Notes under the pieces: generated by a model
What the model saw: only the letters and a program-made list of their open reading frames with translations
Told to the model about the DNA's origin: nothing
The model's database searches: none
Assembly (NCBI GenBank): GCA_964658305.1
Contig: OZ210885.1
Coordinates: 17,918,001 to 17,982,000, forward strand
Direction of reading: 5' to 3'
Length of the DNA stretch: 64,000 nucleotides
From: Leptogorgia sarmentosa
Taxonomy: Eukaryota
Position numbers and translations under genes: made by a program
Part shown: one piece after another, positions 11,957-24,884 of the stretch
Position numbering within the stretch: the stretch's first letter is position 1
Layout of the letters: each line of letters opens with the position of its first letter

Positions 11957-14900
11957 CAGGGTTCGTACAAAACTTGAATGTCCTTGAATGTCCTTGAATT
12001 CAAATTTAAAAATTCAAGGCCTTAAAAGTCCTTGAATTTATAAAGAAGTGCTTGAAAGTTCTTGAATACTATTTTTGATAAAATTTAAAAACAGTTATCA
12101 TTAAGACCCTTGCAAAGTAAAACCAACAAGCCATGCCTTGTTACGGTAAATCGTGTTTGTCGATCATGTAATGTATTCGTATGAGCTCCACTAAGGTAGC
12201 CTGGGGCCAAAAATTAAATATTCAAAATGGCGATTCAAAAATCTGGAAAAAATAATTTAATACAAAGAGCCACTGGAGTTTGATCTTTATGTAAATTTTA
12301 AATTATAATGGGGAAATGTAAATTTAATGATCTTTGGCTGAGTAAGATCCCGTACAGTTCTTGGCTATTAAAAGTTCACGGTGACCCATTCAGTGCTCGA
12401 TGTGGGGTATGTATGAAGACTTTTAGCATCGCTAGTATGGGTGAGTCAGCATTAACAAGTCATTCCAAGGCTGCTGGTCATGTCAAAGCCATGAAAAGTC
12501 AGTCTCAAGGTGAGAAATAACATACCTTAAGTTGTTTTTAGTGTTTTTGCGCAAACTTTGTTGATAGAAAAAGTTTTAAAATTTGCGAAAAAAAACAAAA
12601 CTGCATTTTATTCTTCTACTGGGATGAACTTTCATGTAAACAGTTTTTTTTACATTTTGACCATGATATGGGTGGTTTTTTGTGATCAGGGAGTATTTTG
12701 TTGTTATTTTGTTGAGTATTTTGTGGTAATATTTATTGTAGCTAGTGTTTTCTATTAGCTTTTTTTTACTAATATTTTTATTTTATTATTTAAAATATTT
12801 ATTTACATTACAGTATTGCATTATTCATTTTGTTATTTACAAAATTTAAAGAAGTAAAACCTAGTAGCCTAGTAGGTTAATTCATTCCTATTTTTTACAG
12901 GAACATCAATGAAGGACTTCATGATTGCCAAAGAAGTACCAACTTCAACCTCCTCTTCCACTGCAAAATCTATGTCAGGGGTACCAGTTACTGCTGTACA
13001 AAATAATGGTAAATTGACTTCAAGTTCATCTTTTTCAAAAGATGATACTTTGAATGCAGAAGTTCTTTGGTGCTTAAAGTTAATTGATTGTCATTGGTCA
13101 TACAATTCCAGTCATGAAAGTGGTAAGCAGTTGTGCAAATTATATGAAATCTCATTTTCAAAGAAATTGAAAATAATTTAGAATGTACAAAACTTAATGC
13201 TGAGAGTTGTCACTTTGTATATATTAGGTGATCTGTTCTGCAAAATGTTCCCAGATAGTAACATTGCAAAACATTTTCAGTGTGGAGAAAAAAAGGCATC
13301 ATACCTAACAAACTTTGGAATAGCCCCACACTTCTTAAGCCTACTTACTGATCGTGTGAAAGATCTGAAGGATGGATATGTCCTTCTCTTCGATGAGAGT
13401 TTAAACAACAAGAATCAAAAGAAACAACTGGATGCCCACTTGCGCTTTTGGGATGCTGATAATGTGTCAAGCTGTTACTTTGGTACAGAATTTATGGGCC
13501 ATGGCACAGCAGATGACCTTATGAGGGATCTGGATCACATTACTGAGGGTCTTCCTAGGCGTGGAATGCTTCAAATGTCCATGGATGGTCCATCTGTAAA
13601 TTGGAAACTGTACAAAATGTTTGAAGAGAGTGTGTTTTTGGAGAATGGTGCTCATCTTATCAACATTGGTAGTTGTGGACTTCACATCATTCATGGAGCA
13701 TACAAGTAAGGCTTAGAATCTACTGGCTGGGATCTGTCCAATATTTTATCAAGCTTTTATAGAAATTTCAAGGATTCACCAGCTCGTCGAGAAGACCTCC
13801 AGAAAGTTTTGGATGTTCCTGAAATGCCACTAATGCCAATGAAATTCTGTAAAACTCGCTGGGTAGAAAATGTTGCTGTTCCAGAAAGGGCGCTGTGTGT
13901 TCTTCCCAACATGACAACATATGTGAAGGCTGTAGATGCAAAAAAGATCCCTAAACCTGGCACGAAGATGTATGAAACTGTTAGGAATGCTTGCAAAGAC
14001 CCATTACTGGAGGCCAGATTACAGTTTGCGTTGTCTGTCGCCAATGAAGTGACACCCTTTCTTCGTCTGTACCAAACTGACAAACCAATGATTCCATTTA
14101 TGGCAGCGGACTTGTACAATATGATGAAGAATATTCTGTCAAGATGTTGTAAGAGCAATGTAATACAGAATGCTACAACAGTGCTAAAGCTGGCAAACAT
14201 TGATATTGATGATGATGAACTTTATGAAAGTGATTGCAAGAAGATTGATGTTGGTTTTAGTGCCGAAAAGTTACTGAAGAAACTTACAGCAGCTGAAGTA
14301 AGCTGTCTTCAAAAGATGGAATTCCAAATGCAATGCAAAGCCTGCCTGAAATCAATCGCAGCAAAGATGCTGGAAAAGGCGCCCATTAAATACCCGATTG
14401 TGTGCCATGTTACATGTCTAGATCCTCGCGAGATGGCGCAAACGCCTGATTATTGCAAGAAACGTCTAGAGAGGTTGCTTTTTAAGCTTGGAGCTCAAAC
14501 GAATAGAAGAGAAAGATTGCGATAGTATCAAACGCGAATACAACAACTTCCTCAATGAAGTCGTCGCCGTGAAGGGGTCTAAATTCAAAGACTTTAACAT
14601 CAGCAAAGATCGTCTCGACTCGTTTATGCATGGTTATCTCAATGGCAAAGAGAAGTTTTCTAAGCTTTGGATGTTGGTAAAGATGATGCTCTTACTGTCA
14701 CATGGCCAAGCCTCAGTAGAGAGAGGATTTTCCATTAACTGCCAGATAGAGGTTGAGAACTTATCTGAACACTCTTATGTGAGCCAGAGAACCATTTGTG
14801 ACCACATCCGCTCACTTGGTGGAGTTAAGAACGTTGTCATCGACAAGGCGCTGTTGCGGTCTGCAGCTACAGCAAGATTGCGATATGACAAGCATCTTAA

Positions 14901-15473
14901 AGAACAAAAAAAGGAAAAGTCTGTGCAGGCGACTAGTCAGAAGAGAAAATTGATCGAAGGAGAGCTCGATAGTTTAAAGTCAAAGCGGAAAAGATATTCT
15001 GAAGAACAAACTACTTTGGAGGAATCTGCCAAGAAATTTTCGGTGGATGCAGAGAAGAATGGGAAACTAGATTTACTCTCGGCAGCCAATGCTATGTGGG
15101 CAAAGGCAGAACACAAGAAGAAAAAACTGACCGAGCTTGACGAACAAATTAAAAAAAAATCAGCTGAATTAAAGAGTGTTTAAAGTTGATATTGCTTATT
15201 TGCAATTGACACGTGTTTTCATCGTTGTTAACAAGTTGAGTTAATCTAGTAATTTTATAATTATACTTGTTGCTTAATCTATGGTATTAGTTTAAATATC
15301 TAACTTTGACGAAATGGCTGTTCAAAGTGATGTGTTGATTTTGATTTGAATAAAAAAAGTGAATTTTCAGTTAACTCAAGGTTTCTTTCTTGTCCTTGAA
15401 TTTTCCAAAATATGCCCTTGAAAGTCCTTGAAATGTGCTTGAATTTTACTGCTACAGCAATGTACGAACCCTG
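11957..15473 (+). mobile_element. hAT-superfamily DNA transposon with 6-bp TSD
   Basis: TIR CAGGGTTCGTAC...GTACGAACCCTG; TSD TCATAA; subterminal GTCCTTGAA repeats at both ends. Confidence 0.9.
12308..15183 (+). pseudogene. hAT-like transposase, 3 exons
   Basis: BED-like C2H2 exon 12308-12509; introns 12510-12900 and 13123-13227; motifs LFDES, SMDGPSVN, CGLH, TRW and SVERGFS; stop at 13707; frameshift near 14490. Confidence 0.85.
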
Positions 15474-15680
15474 TCATAACAATTCGCTCCGAAAATGTCT
15501 TCGCTTAAAAAATCCACTCCGAAAACCACCAAATCTCCAACACGACTGGCGCTATGCGTTTGACCGTAACATATATTTATACTACACCTGTAGCGCTAGT
15601 TAAACCTTTGTTGCGCTACATCCTTACGCAAACATTATTAGCTTTGTCGCGCACATTTAAAATAAAAGCTTGAATAAAAA

Positions 15681-15990
15681 AGTTTAAAATAATCACTCCC
15701 TCTGTGACGTTCGTAGCGCTGTAGCGCTACATATAAGTACACATGTTTTTGTTAGCTTTGTAACGCTACACCATTATTACAACACACATTGTTAGCTTTG
15801 TCGCGCCACATCCTTACGCACATTTAAAATAAAAGCCTGAATATTTAAAAATAAAAGCCTGAATATAAAAGTTTAAAAATAAGAGTTCATATTTTAAATG
15901 TTTGAAAATAAAAATTTGGCCCTTTTGCAATATATGGGCAGATATATTTAATATCGAAATAGGTCAGGGTCAGAACAGTGGTTCGGGTCA
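15681..15990 (+). repeat. About 300-bp direct repeat, copy 1 (copy 2 at about 25050-25331)
   Basis: Shared AATCACTCCCTCTGTGACG...CAGAACAGTGGTTCGGGTCA sequence. Confidence 0.85.
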
Positions 15991-16099
15991 AGGTTTTGAG
16001 CACTTGCGAGCGATGCTCATAAGGCCCTATTCATGGTGGCTTTAGTGAGTAATAGGTTAGTAAATTACTAGTTGTGATTTATTGCCGCAATAACCCAGG

Positions 16100-19000
16100 C
16101 AGGGGCGGATCCAGACCGTATCAACTGTATCGCATGATACAGTCAGATTTTAACAAAATATTGCATAAATTATCAAGTACAAATTGAAAATAATTTTAAA
16201 CATAGTATTACTTATTCTCACATATCACCAAGTAATGGCCCAAACATCCGCATTATATCCACCTTGTTAGTTTTCTAAAATATTACAGCCAAAAAGTCTC
16301 ATAGTGAACCGGCAATAAGCCTCCAAGGCCAGCATGATCGTTTTGGTTATATAACATCGCCCACGAAGCATTCGGTGGACAATCGGTCACGTTAGGCAGC
16401 GACGTACCATTCGGAAGATATGCAACTGATACAGTCAAGAGCTATATTTAGATTGCATCCATGCAGTTGACTGTATCAAACCAATCAGAAGGCTCGTATG
16501 GGGTCACGTTGTTGGCAAATCCGAATGCTCTGATTGGTTTGATACAGTCGACTGTATCAAACCAATCAAAAGGCTTGATTTTGGTCACGTTGTTGCTATA
16601 TTAAGAACGCGATACATGCTCTGATACAGTGGACTGTATCGGAATAAATTATTCTCTCATTTATGTTTATTGCGCTCGTTTGTCACGATGTTCAACAGCG
16701 TCTTAGATGAGGTATTGCGCATCTTCGATAGCGAAAGTTATCTTCAGGACGAAAAGCTTAAGAAGTTATCTTCTCTCAAGCGTCATTGTGAGAACTGGTT
16801 AGCGAAGGAATTCGAAAGAACTCTCGCCGCCGAAGACGCAGCAGCTTGCGTTTATGTGTGTGATTTCGCTAAGTTGCAGTTCCCAGGCAGCCAGGAACAA
16901 CGATCTTCAATGCTCATTATCATTATGCTAAACTAATCATATCATTGCTAAACGGAGTAGCGGCTGCCCTGTACTACGAATATAATTTAGACTTGAATGA
17001 TTTTGGTCTTAGCGTATACTATACGTACAGCTACAATTCAGTCAATGACAATGTCTGTGTCAGAGTCAAATGGCAATTGAGTATAGTTTTACACTGTGGG
17101 AAGAACCGTCTCACAAGATCGTTATAACATAAACAGTGGGCTTAGTATTGTAGAGTATAGTCTTAGCTATTATGATTGTAATAATTTGTTGTTGACTTGA
17201 CCTGCTTGCATGCACATATTGTCACAGCACATGGTGATGGTTTTAGTTTACAGTTGTCATATGATACATGAATGATGATACAATCCTAATTGTTATCCAA
17301 TTTAATTATTCTATTCTAAATACCATTCTCAATCATACTCAATGAATGAATATATTAATTAAGAATTAACTGAAGTGCTGTCTTATAAAAATAAATTGAT
17401 GATTTTATATAAATAAATTATATAATTTATTATATATTAGAAATTGATTTCAGATTTCATATTAATTATTATGGCATTTTATTAAGTTAGACATAATGGC
17501 AATGACCTAGGTATAGTATACTTCCATTTGAGTTGAGAACCAATCCTAGTAGTGCTAACTATTTGTAGCATCTGGCCATGGACCATGGTGTTGTTCTTAC
17601 AGTCAGTAAAATGTTATTCTGCATTTGTTTAGCACGACAGGAAACAGTAACTGCCTATACAATGCATGTTCTCTTGCCTTGTGTGATAGAGAAACCATGG
17701 CAGAACATCTTCGGTATCTCACAAGTATTGAGTTGTTTATCAATGCTCAATATTATTCAACCCACCCTTTAATTGAGCAGCAACATAATAAAGGTGCATA
17801 TAGTTGTAGGGGAAATGCTTTTGCCATGTGCCTTTCTGATAATGCTCTTAACACACTGTCCAAGAACAATCCTTCAGAAGCTGTGATTGCTGAAGCCCGT
17901 AACAATGCCAACAATTACGAATATTCCTCTTTCATTTGTGTGCTTGCACTGTCAAATGTCCTAAAACTCCCTATAGAATCATACTACCCAATTCCACTGT
18001 CCAGTGATGGTTCCAATGAAGTGATTGATAACCATGGTATCATGTTCAACTCAACTGTGTTCCCCAGAGATGCAGAACAAGATATGTCTGAGAGAGTACA
18101 TATCTTTCGATGTGCTATGATGCCAATCAGTTATTTAAAATCAACAAAAATCCCAGAAAAAAAAGATCATTATGTGGCTCTCTGTCGGCCAAAAACAGTC
18201 CCCACGTCAGAACATGTACCCTTTGCAATCACTCCATCATTTCCATTTGTTGTTTTTGATCCCATTGACTCACCTATCACAGACACCAAACCTGGATCAC
18301 AACCACCTGGAAATCCTCCTGAGAAGCCAGCTCAAAAAGTTGCTAAGCCAAAGATGAAGCAAGTTCTTCTTAACAAGCTCTTTCCGAAAAAAAGGAAGTT
18401 AAACGAAGAAGGCGATTTGGGTGGCCAGCCCAAGGTGACAGATGATGGTGGTAATGCAGGACCTTCCTCTTCAAAAGAACCACCACCAAAATAACAGCTC
18501 AGTGGAAGTGAAACAACATCTTCTTCCAAGGTTATTGGTAATTTTGTCACTTCAGCTCATACATTAACCGACCAGCAGAAGTATGATCTGTTTTGTAACG
18601 TCTGGAAACCAGCACCAGGTTACATTTTCCCTTCCGATGCAAGCAATCGGAGATTCCGCTACGAATGGTTGAGTGTATTTCCATGGTTGGCATACTCAAA
18701 AATCCATGATGGTGCATTTTGTTTAACATGTGTCCTGTTTGGAGGTGAAAGTACCCATAATGCCAGTAAACTGCAAAGGCTCTTCAAAACTCCCTTGAGG
18801 TCATGGAACATTACAGCTGCAAGGTTCCGGGAGCACATGGAAAAGTCACCAGTCCACAAAACAGCTACCATCCGGGCTACAATGTTCAAAGCATCATTAC
18901 AGATTGACGTGCAGCTGAATGAGCTAAAGCAGAGGCAGATTGAGGAAAATAGAACAAGGTTAAGACCAATTGTGAACGCTATTGTTCTTTGTGGCCGCCA

Positions 19001-21181
19001 AACATTTCCTCTCCGAAGTCACCGAGATGACGCCAAGGATCATGACACTGACTGCAATAATCCTGGAAATTTTATCGAGATCATGAAGTTTGGAGCAACA
19101 TGTGCTGGTGCTGCAAATTCCCAATATTATATCGGCGTTCCCCGTAATGCAACGTACAAGTCCAAGACTACCCAGAACCAGTTAATTGAGATATGTGGTG
19201 ATCTAATTGTGGAAAATATTGTCCAACAGGTAAAGAAGGCAATGTTTTTCTCTGTTCTTGCTGACAAAGCAACCGATTGTGCCAATCTGGAGCAGATGTC
19301 TATCGTTATTCGTTTTGTTGATACAGAGCGTCACATTAGGGAATATTTCCTTGGTTTTGTTGAGTGCGATCTTGGTGTGAGTGGGGAAGCCATAGCTAAC
19401 ACCATTTTAAAGTACCTTGAGAAGCTTGGTTTGTCCATCCAAAATTGCCGTGGACAAGGATACGATGGGGCAGGGAATATGGCAGGAAAACACAATGGAG
19501 CAGCAGCACGAATCCGAGCTCTGCAAAGGAAGGCTGTCTACGTTCACTGTAATTCGCATGTCTTGAACTTGTGTGTGGCATCGTGTTGCAAGGAGCAGTT
19601 AGTGAGGAATATGATGGAAACTGTCCGAGTTGCCACTGAGTTTTTTGACGCCGCACCCAAACGTTATAGCTGCTTGGTGAAGACCATCACTAAATTTTTC
19701 CCTGGAAGTAAACGCAAGCACCTCATTAATGTGTGTAAGACGAGATGGGTTGCAAGAATTGATGGCTTGGTTGTCTTCCTGGAAGATCTTGTTGCAATTG
19801 TGAGCTGTTTCGAAGAAATCAAGAACAACGAGGAAGGTCACTGGAACACTGAAACTACCCAAAAGGCATGCAGCTTCTACCACAGTATCATTTCATTTCA
19901 GTTTATCGTAACTTTGGTTGTGGTTTGCCGATGCCTTGAGTTAACGCGTCCACTTACTCTTCAGCTCCAACATTCTGCTCTTGATGCTGGTTCAGCATGT
20001 GAGAAAGTCTCCCTTCTTTATGTCATGTTGGAAAAGTTCCGTTCCAGTGTGGACAAAAGGCATCCTGTGTGGTATGAAGAAGCAAGAGCATTGGCGGAGA
20101 GTGTTGGAACCCAACCAAGCACACACAGGATGACAGGCCGCCAACAACATCGTGCCAATGTACAATCTGACTCAGCATCGCAGTATTATCTTCGTGTGCT
20201 TACTATCCCATTCCTGGACTATCTCATGACTCAAATGCAATCCATCTCAGGTCTGCGACGTTTGAAGTCGTATTTGCGTAGCAAAATGGGCGAGAAACGG
20301 TTGAATGGTTTGGCCCTGTTAAATGCGCACAGAAAGTACCGCCCCGATACAGATGCTGTAATCAACCGGTTTGCTACTAAACATCGAAGAAGAATGGCCC
20401 TGGCTGACATTTTTAACGATGATTAACTAGTTTCTTGGCTCAGCGAATAATACTATTTTAAATCTTTATATACACTCTGTTTATGATATTCTAAAGTGTT
20501 GCTGTTTCAAGAGTCAAGACACTGATAAACATTTTCCTTTCATCAACCATCGTGTTGCTGTTTCAAGACACTGATAAACATTTTCCTTTCATCAACCATC
20601 GTTATTACATATTTCCCCTATAACTATATGCACCATTATGTTGCTGTTTCAAGTGGACCTGGAACATTTGCTGGCATCTATCAATATTTGTCTAAATAAC
20701 AAGACTCAAAGGAACACATTTCTATACTGTAATCTAACTTACTACCATCATGTGAAGCGAACATTGGACTGAATGCGCTCTGAATCACATGTACTCCCAA
20801 CTGTAGAGGACACACCAAAGCTGGCTATCAAAGGGTGTGCACAGCAATGTAGTCTTTTTGTGTTATGCAAAAATACTGTATTGCTTGGTATTCTCTTTGA
20901 ACTTCAAACCAGAATATAAAGGTAAGTCTGTTATAACGAGGAATGTGAAATCTCAGGTAAGTGGGTTTTATTATCTGTTTCATAACTTTAATTTTTTATT
21001 CAATGGTTTAATAGCTTTTTTGCGCAAAAAACCCTTATAAATACTACTCAAAATGCAGGGAATGACGTTTCCGAGGTTTCGAAATTCTCGGGGGGGTTGC
21101 ATGCTAACCACCTCCCCCCCCGAAATTTCGTTGGACACATTCAAATTGATACAGTCAGATCACATGCTGGATCCGCCCCTG
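16100..21181 (+). mobile_element. hAT transposon (P52rIPK/THAP12-like transposase)
   Basis: TIR CAGGGGCGGATCCAG; 8-bp TSD AACCCAGG; many subterminal GATACAGT/ACTGTATC motifs. Confidence 0.93.
17633..20426 (+). pseudogene. OTU/Vertnin-like domain fused to TTF zinc finger and hAT transposase
   Basis: ORFs 17625 and 18669 are in the same frame, separated by one TAA (18492-18494). Motifs GNSNCLYNA...DHYVAL, FPWLAYS..CLTC, CRGQGYDGA, HCNSH and TRW. The C-terminal dimerisation region appears partly deleted. Confidence 0.8.
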
Positions 21182-21263
21182 AACCCAGGCTCGATTCCTG
21201 CTCACAGCATTCAATAATGTGGGTATTATAATAGGCAATGAAGTTCATAACTTATCATCTGAT

Positions 21264-21351
21264 CCTTCGGTAGCTCAATTGGTAGAGCGAGGGACTGTAG
21301 ATGTATTCAATTGTAATCCCTAGGTCGTTGGTTCGAACCCAGCTCGAAGGA
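21264..21351 (+). tRNA. tRNA-Tyr(GTA) with 15-nt intron (21301-21315)
   Basis: Full cloverleaf: acceptor CCTTCGG/TCGAAGG, D stem GCTC/GAGC, anticodon stem AGGGA/TCCCT, T stem GTTGG/CCAGC, TTCGAAC loop; intron after position 37; TTTTT terminator at 21354. Confidence 0.95.
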
Positions 21352-21496
21352 TATTTTTACGAAACCTATTCGCAGGTTGATTTGTGAGCACATGCTCATA
21401 CGATAAAAAGAGTAACTGCTCCTAAGCACATGCTCATATGCTCAAATAAAAGTGCGGTAGTGCTCAATAACAAAACATTTTACACAGTCCTATTAC

Positions 21497-24400
21497 CAGT
21501 GGCGTACCGTACAACAATTTGCCAGGGGCGCTGCTCCGATTTGCCGCCCCTTCTGAAGGCGCCACGTTCAGCAGTATCCCTCCGGAAATTTGGTTTGGAA
21601 TGGCATTTGATCATTATTACATACACACTAGCAAGCTATCTTTTGTCGTTTTAATATCAATATTCTAAATACAGAGTATACCCAAGTAGTCAGTAGATAT
21701 TGTTCGGACACGCAAGCCCAACGCGATAACACAACATTTTCAAATTTGTAAGCCAGTAGAAAAATTAGTTTAAACACCCCGATAACACGAGAAAAAAATC
21801 GTGCTTAAAATTCTTCGTAACTAGATTCTAACTTTTCTTGCCTTCAATGCCGCGAAGTCGTTAATAATAGAATTAAAATTCAGAGTTTCTGCCACTTGTC
21901 TCTCCACCGATAATAGCGCCAAACTTGACAGCCGTAGTTGGCTCATGGTAGATCTCAAATATGTCTTGATAAGCTTTAATTTCGAAAAGCTTCTTTCACA
22001 GCTTGCAACGCTAACACACATCGTGAGCAAGATTCGGAGTACTACTGTGAGATTAGGAAGAGATTCCTGGAACCCCCATTTCACGATCCACTGCAACAAT
22101 GTAAGGGCAGTGACATCTGCAATTTCTTTATTATCATCACCAGGAGCTTGATTTCTTTCACGAGCGCTCCTAACATGTCTTCGCAAATGGCTTCTATCTC
22201 TGCCTTCAATTCGTTGCCACTCACTTTGTTGTACACATCAGTCAATGCTTCGATGCGCTCGCGGATAAAGTCGTCCTGGTCACCATTCATGAGTATGGTA
22301 AAGTGTGTGAATCCAAATCGGTCATATATGGCGTTGATTTGCTGAAAACGTCGGGTAATTTCTTCGCGCAACCGGTCAACAACTTGGAGCAGCTCTCGCC
22401 TGACTTGTTCCTGGAGTGGGACAGGTTCGTCCCTGGCTTCTTCTCCATCCATCCTTCTCCTCCTCCTTACCCGCCTCTCGATCTCTATTTCAAGTTGTTG
22501 ATATCTTGTGGTAGCGTCAGCAATACTTTCAGCCACGAGTTGATCACGTTCACCGTCAAGAAACATTTGCAGTGCCTGGACTTTTACCACAGCCCGCTCC
22601 AAACTCAGCCCTCGAATTTGGAGATACTTCTGAGCATGGTCTAATTCAGGAAGTATCCGTCCCCACAGTTCAAGGAAACACAAGAACGTGAAATTAGAAA
22701 GACTGGTTAGTATAATGTTCGCATCCTCCCGTGTATCCGCATTTTCTGCTGGTTCAGTCAATGACTCCAGTGCGTCGATCACTTTGTCAAAATGAGAGTG
22801 GATAACTTCTACTGCATCCTTCCGTGCACTCCAACAGGTGTCAATGACACGTTTCACCGTCTTCGGTAGGTCACTCATCAAAATGTTCCATCGGTGGGTG
22901 GAAGATGAAAAGAACGTGTAAACTCTCTCCACCATTCCGAAGAAAGTAATCGAATTCACAGTCTCGGAACTTGCGTGAACTCCTGCCACATTTAAGGTGT
23001 GGTTGGTACATGCAACGAACTGGGCTTTACTGTTCACTTCGTTAATGCGTTGTTGTACACCATTGTGAACACCAGCCATTGTGGCTGCATTGTCGTAACC
23101 CTGTCCGTGACAGTCCTCGATGGGTATACCGTCATCCTTCAATTTCTGGAGAATGACTGAGGTTATATCTGCTGCAGTTTTCTTATCACAAGGGATAAAA
23201 TCGATAAACGATTCCATGACTTCAACAATTCCTTCTTTTATCCTCATGTAGCGGATAATCTGCGTCATTTGATCTGTGTGGGACAAATCAGGAGTGCTGT
23301 CGAACAACATCGCGTAGTACTTGGCTTCTCTGATGTCATCCACAATCTTCTGCCTTACGTGATGACCCAGCAACTCGATGAACTCATTTTGAATTCTCTG
23401 AGACAAATATGAGACAGCAATTCTGTCGGTCGCCTTTATCTGTTGCACCATCGCCATATGTTCTCTCAGGACAGGATCATACTTGGAAACCAATTTTATC
23501 AGTTCCAAAAAGTTTCCAGGATTCTTTTCACCGTCTAATGACTCCCTGTGGCCTCGAAGTGGTAGGTTCTGCTTGCCTAAAAACAAAATTACATCCACGA
23601 CTCGATGCAGAATTCCCACCCACTTTCTCTTCTCTATCTCAACTTGCTCCTGCAAATGTCTGTCCAGTGTGTGCAAGTTTGGGATTAAGTTTCCACCATC
23701 GTCGAAACCCGTCTGGTCTGGACCCTTTTTTTTCTACTGCTTCAAAAGGACCATCTTTATGCTGCAGATTGGCTGGTCTGCGAGAGACTAATTCAATTTT
23801 GAGGTCTTCTGGCAATGGGATTTTCCAAAATCCAGCATCAAGGAAAACCTGTCTTTCTTCAGCGGCTTCTTCGCCGTCGCCAGATTGCATCTCCTCTGCC
23901 TCTGGCTCCAATTCAGATTCTGAGCTGGCTGACTTCAGTTCGCTATCTTCGGAGCATTCTGGTTCTGAATGTCCACCTTCAACGTCCGATTCAAAGTCGT
24001 TCACTGGTTCTCTCGGAGGACTATTTTCTTGTTTTTGTTCAGAAGAGCTTGCAGAATTATCAGTGCAGGTGAGAAAATGACGCATTTTTTTAGCCGAGCG
24101 CGCATCTTCGATCTTGCGTTCTTCTCGTTTTTTTCTATAGGCAAAACCGCTTAATTTCACCAGCTTGCTACTCATAGCAAGTGCTGAAGATACTGTAAGA
24201 AACTAAATGAAAGTTCTGAAATGAGTAAAAAATTCCTATTATCAACCATTCATTTATTTTTACTCGCGAAGTCTTCCACTGTCGATCAACGGTTTGATTA
24301 TTCGAATGTGTTTATTCAGTCCTGTAACCATAAGGCTGTTTTTCACTGTGTTTTAAGCACTGAGGAATGTGACAGAATGACACTAGTAGTTAATAGTATC

Positions 24401-24884
24401 TTACCTGCACGTAACTGTTGTAAAGGCTAATTACATCGGGAATGTTGGACTTTGAATTATGTTATTAACGTATTTAGTATTCACTGTGGCGTATTTACTA
24501 ATTTTACTCTCACGATTTGTAACAAAATATGAAAACAATCCACAAATGCTTCATGTTTCAAACAAGAAGCTTGTCAAAATACTCTTCTATAATCTCAGTA
24601 TTTATTTTCATATTAGTGGACTCGTGCCATCATTGTGGTAGTACATTTTTCGTTTATTATCCGATACACTTGTATGCACGCACACAATTCAGAAATCAAG
24701 TTTCAAAATTCTAACACATCCTCCCCCCAGACCAGTGTGAACGCCGCATAAGGTGTCTTGTTATTTAAAAACTACACTTATTTCGCCCAATTAGCAAACA
24801 TTAGCAAAAAATGCCGCCCCAATAGATATGGCCCGCCCCCTCCGCCCCCTCCGCCCCCTCCGCCCCCCCCTTGGTACACCACTG
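21497..24884 (-). mobile_element. hAT transposon (ZMYM1-like transposase)
   Basis: TIR CAGTGGCGTACC/GGTACACCACTG; 8-bp TSD CCTATTAC. Confidence 0.93.
21821..24175 (-). pseudogene. hAT transposase, frameshifted and internally deleted
   Basis: LRGH, NPGNFLEL, FDSTPD, GQGYDNA, CTNH and ASCERSFSKLKLIKTYLRSTM motifs across three frames. Confidence 0.9.

Larger units (their letters stand above)
16038..21209 (+). pseudogene. Degenerate tRNA-His(GTG)-like gene split by the hAT insertion (pieces about 16038-16099 and 21190-21209)
   Basis: Rejoined target reads GGTTAGTA...GTTGTG...GCCGCAATAACCCAGGCTCGATTCCTGCTCACAGCA, resembling the animal tRNA-His D-loop, anticodon and 3' half; 5' half is poorly paired. 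Confidence 0.55.
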
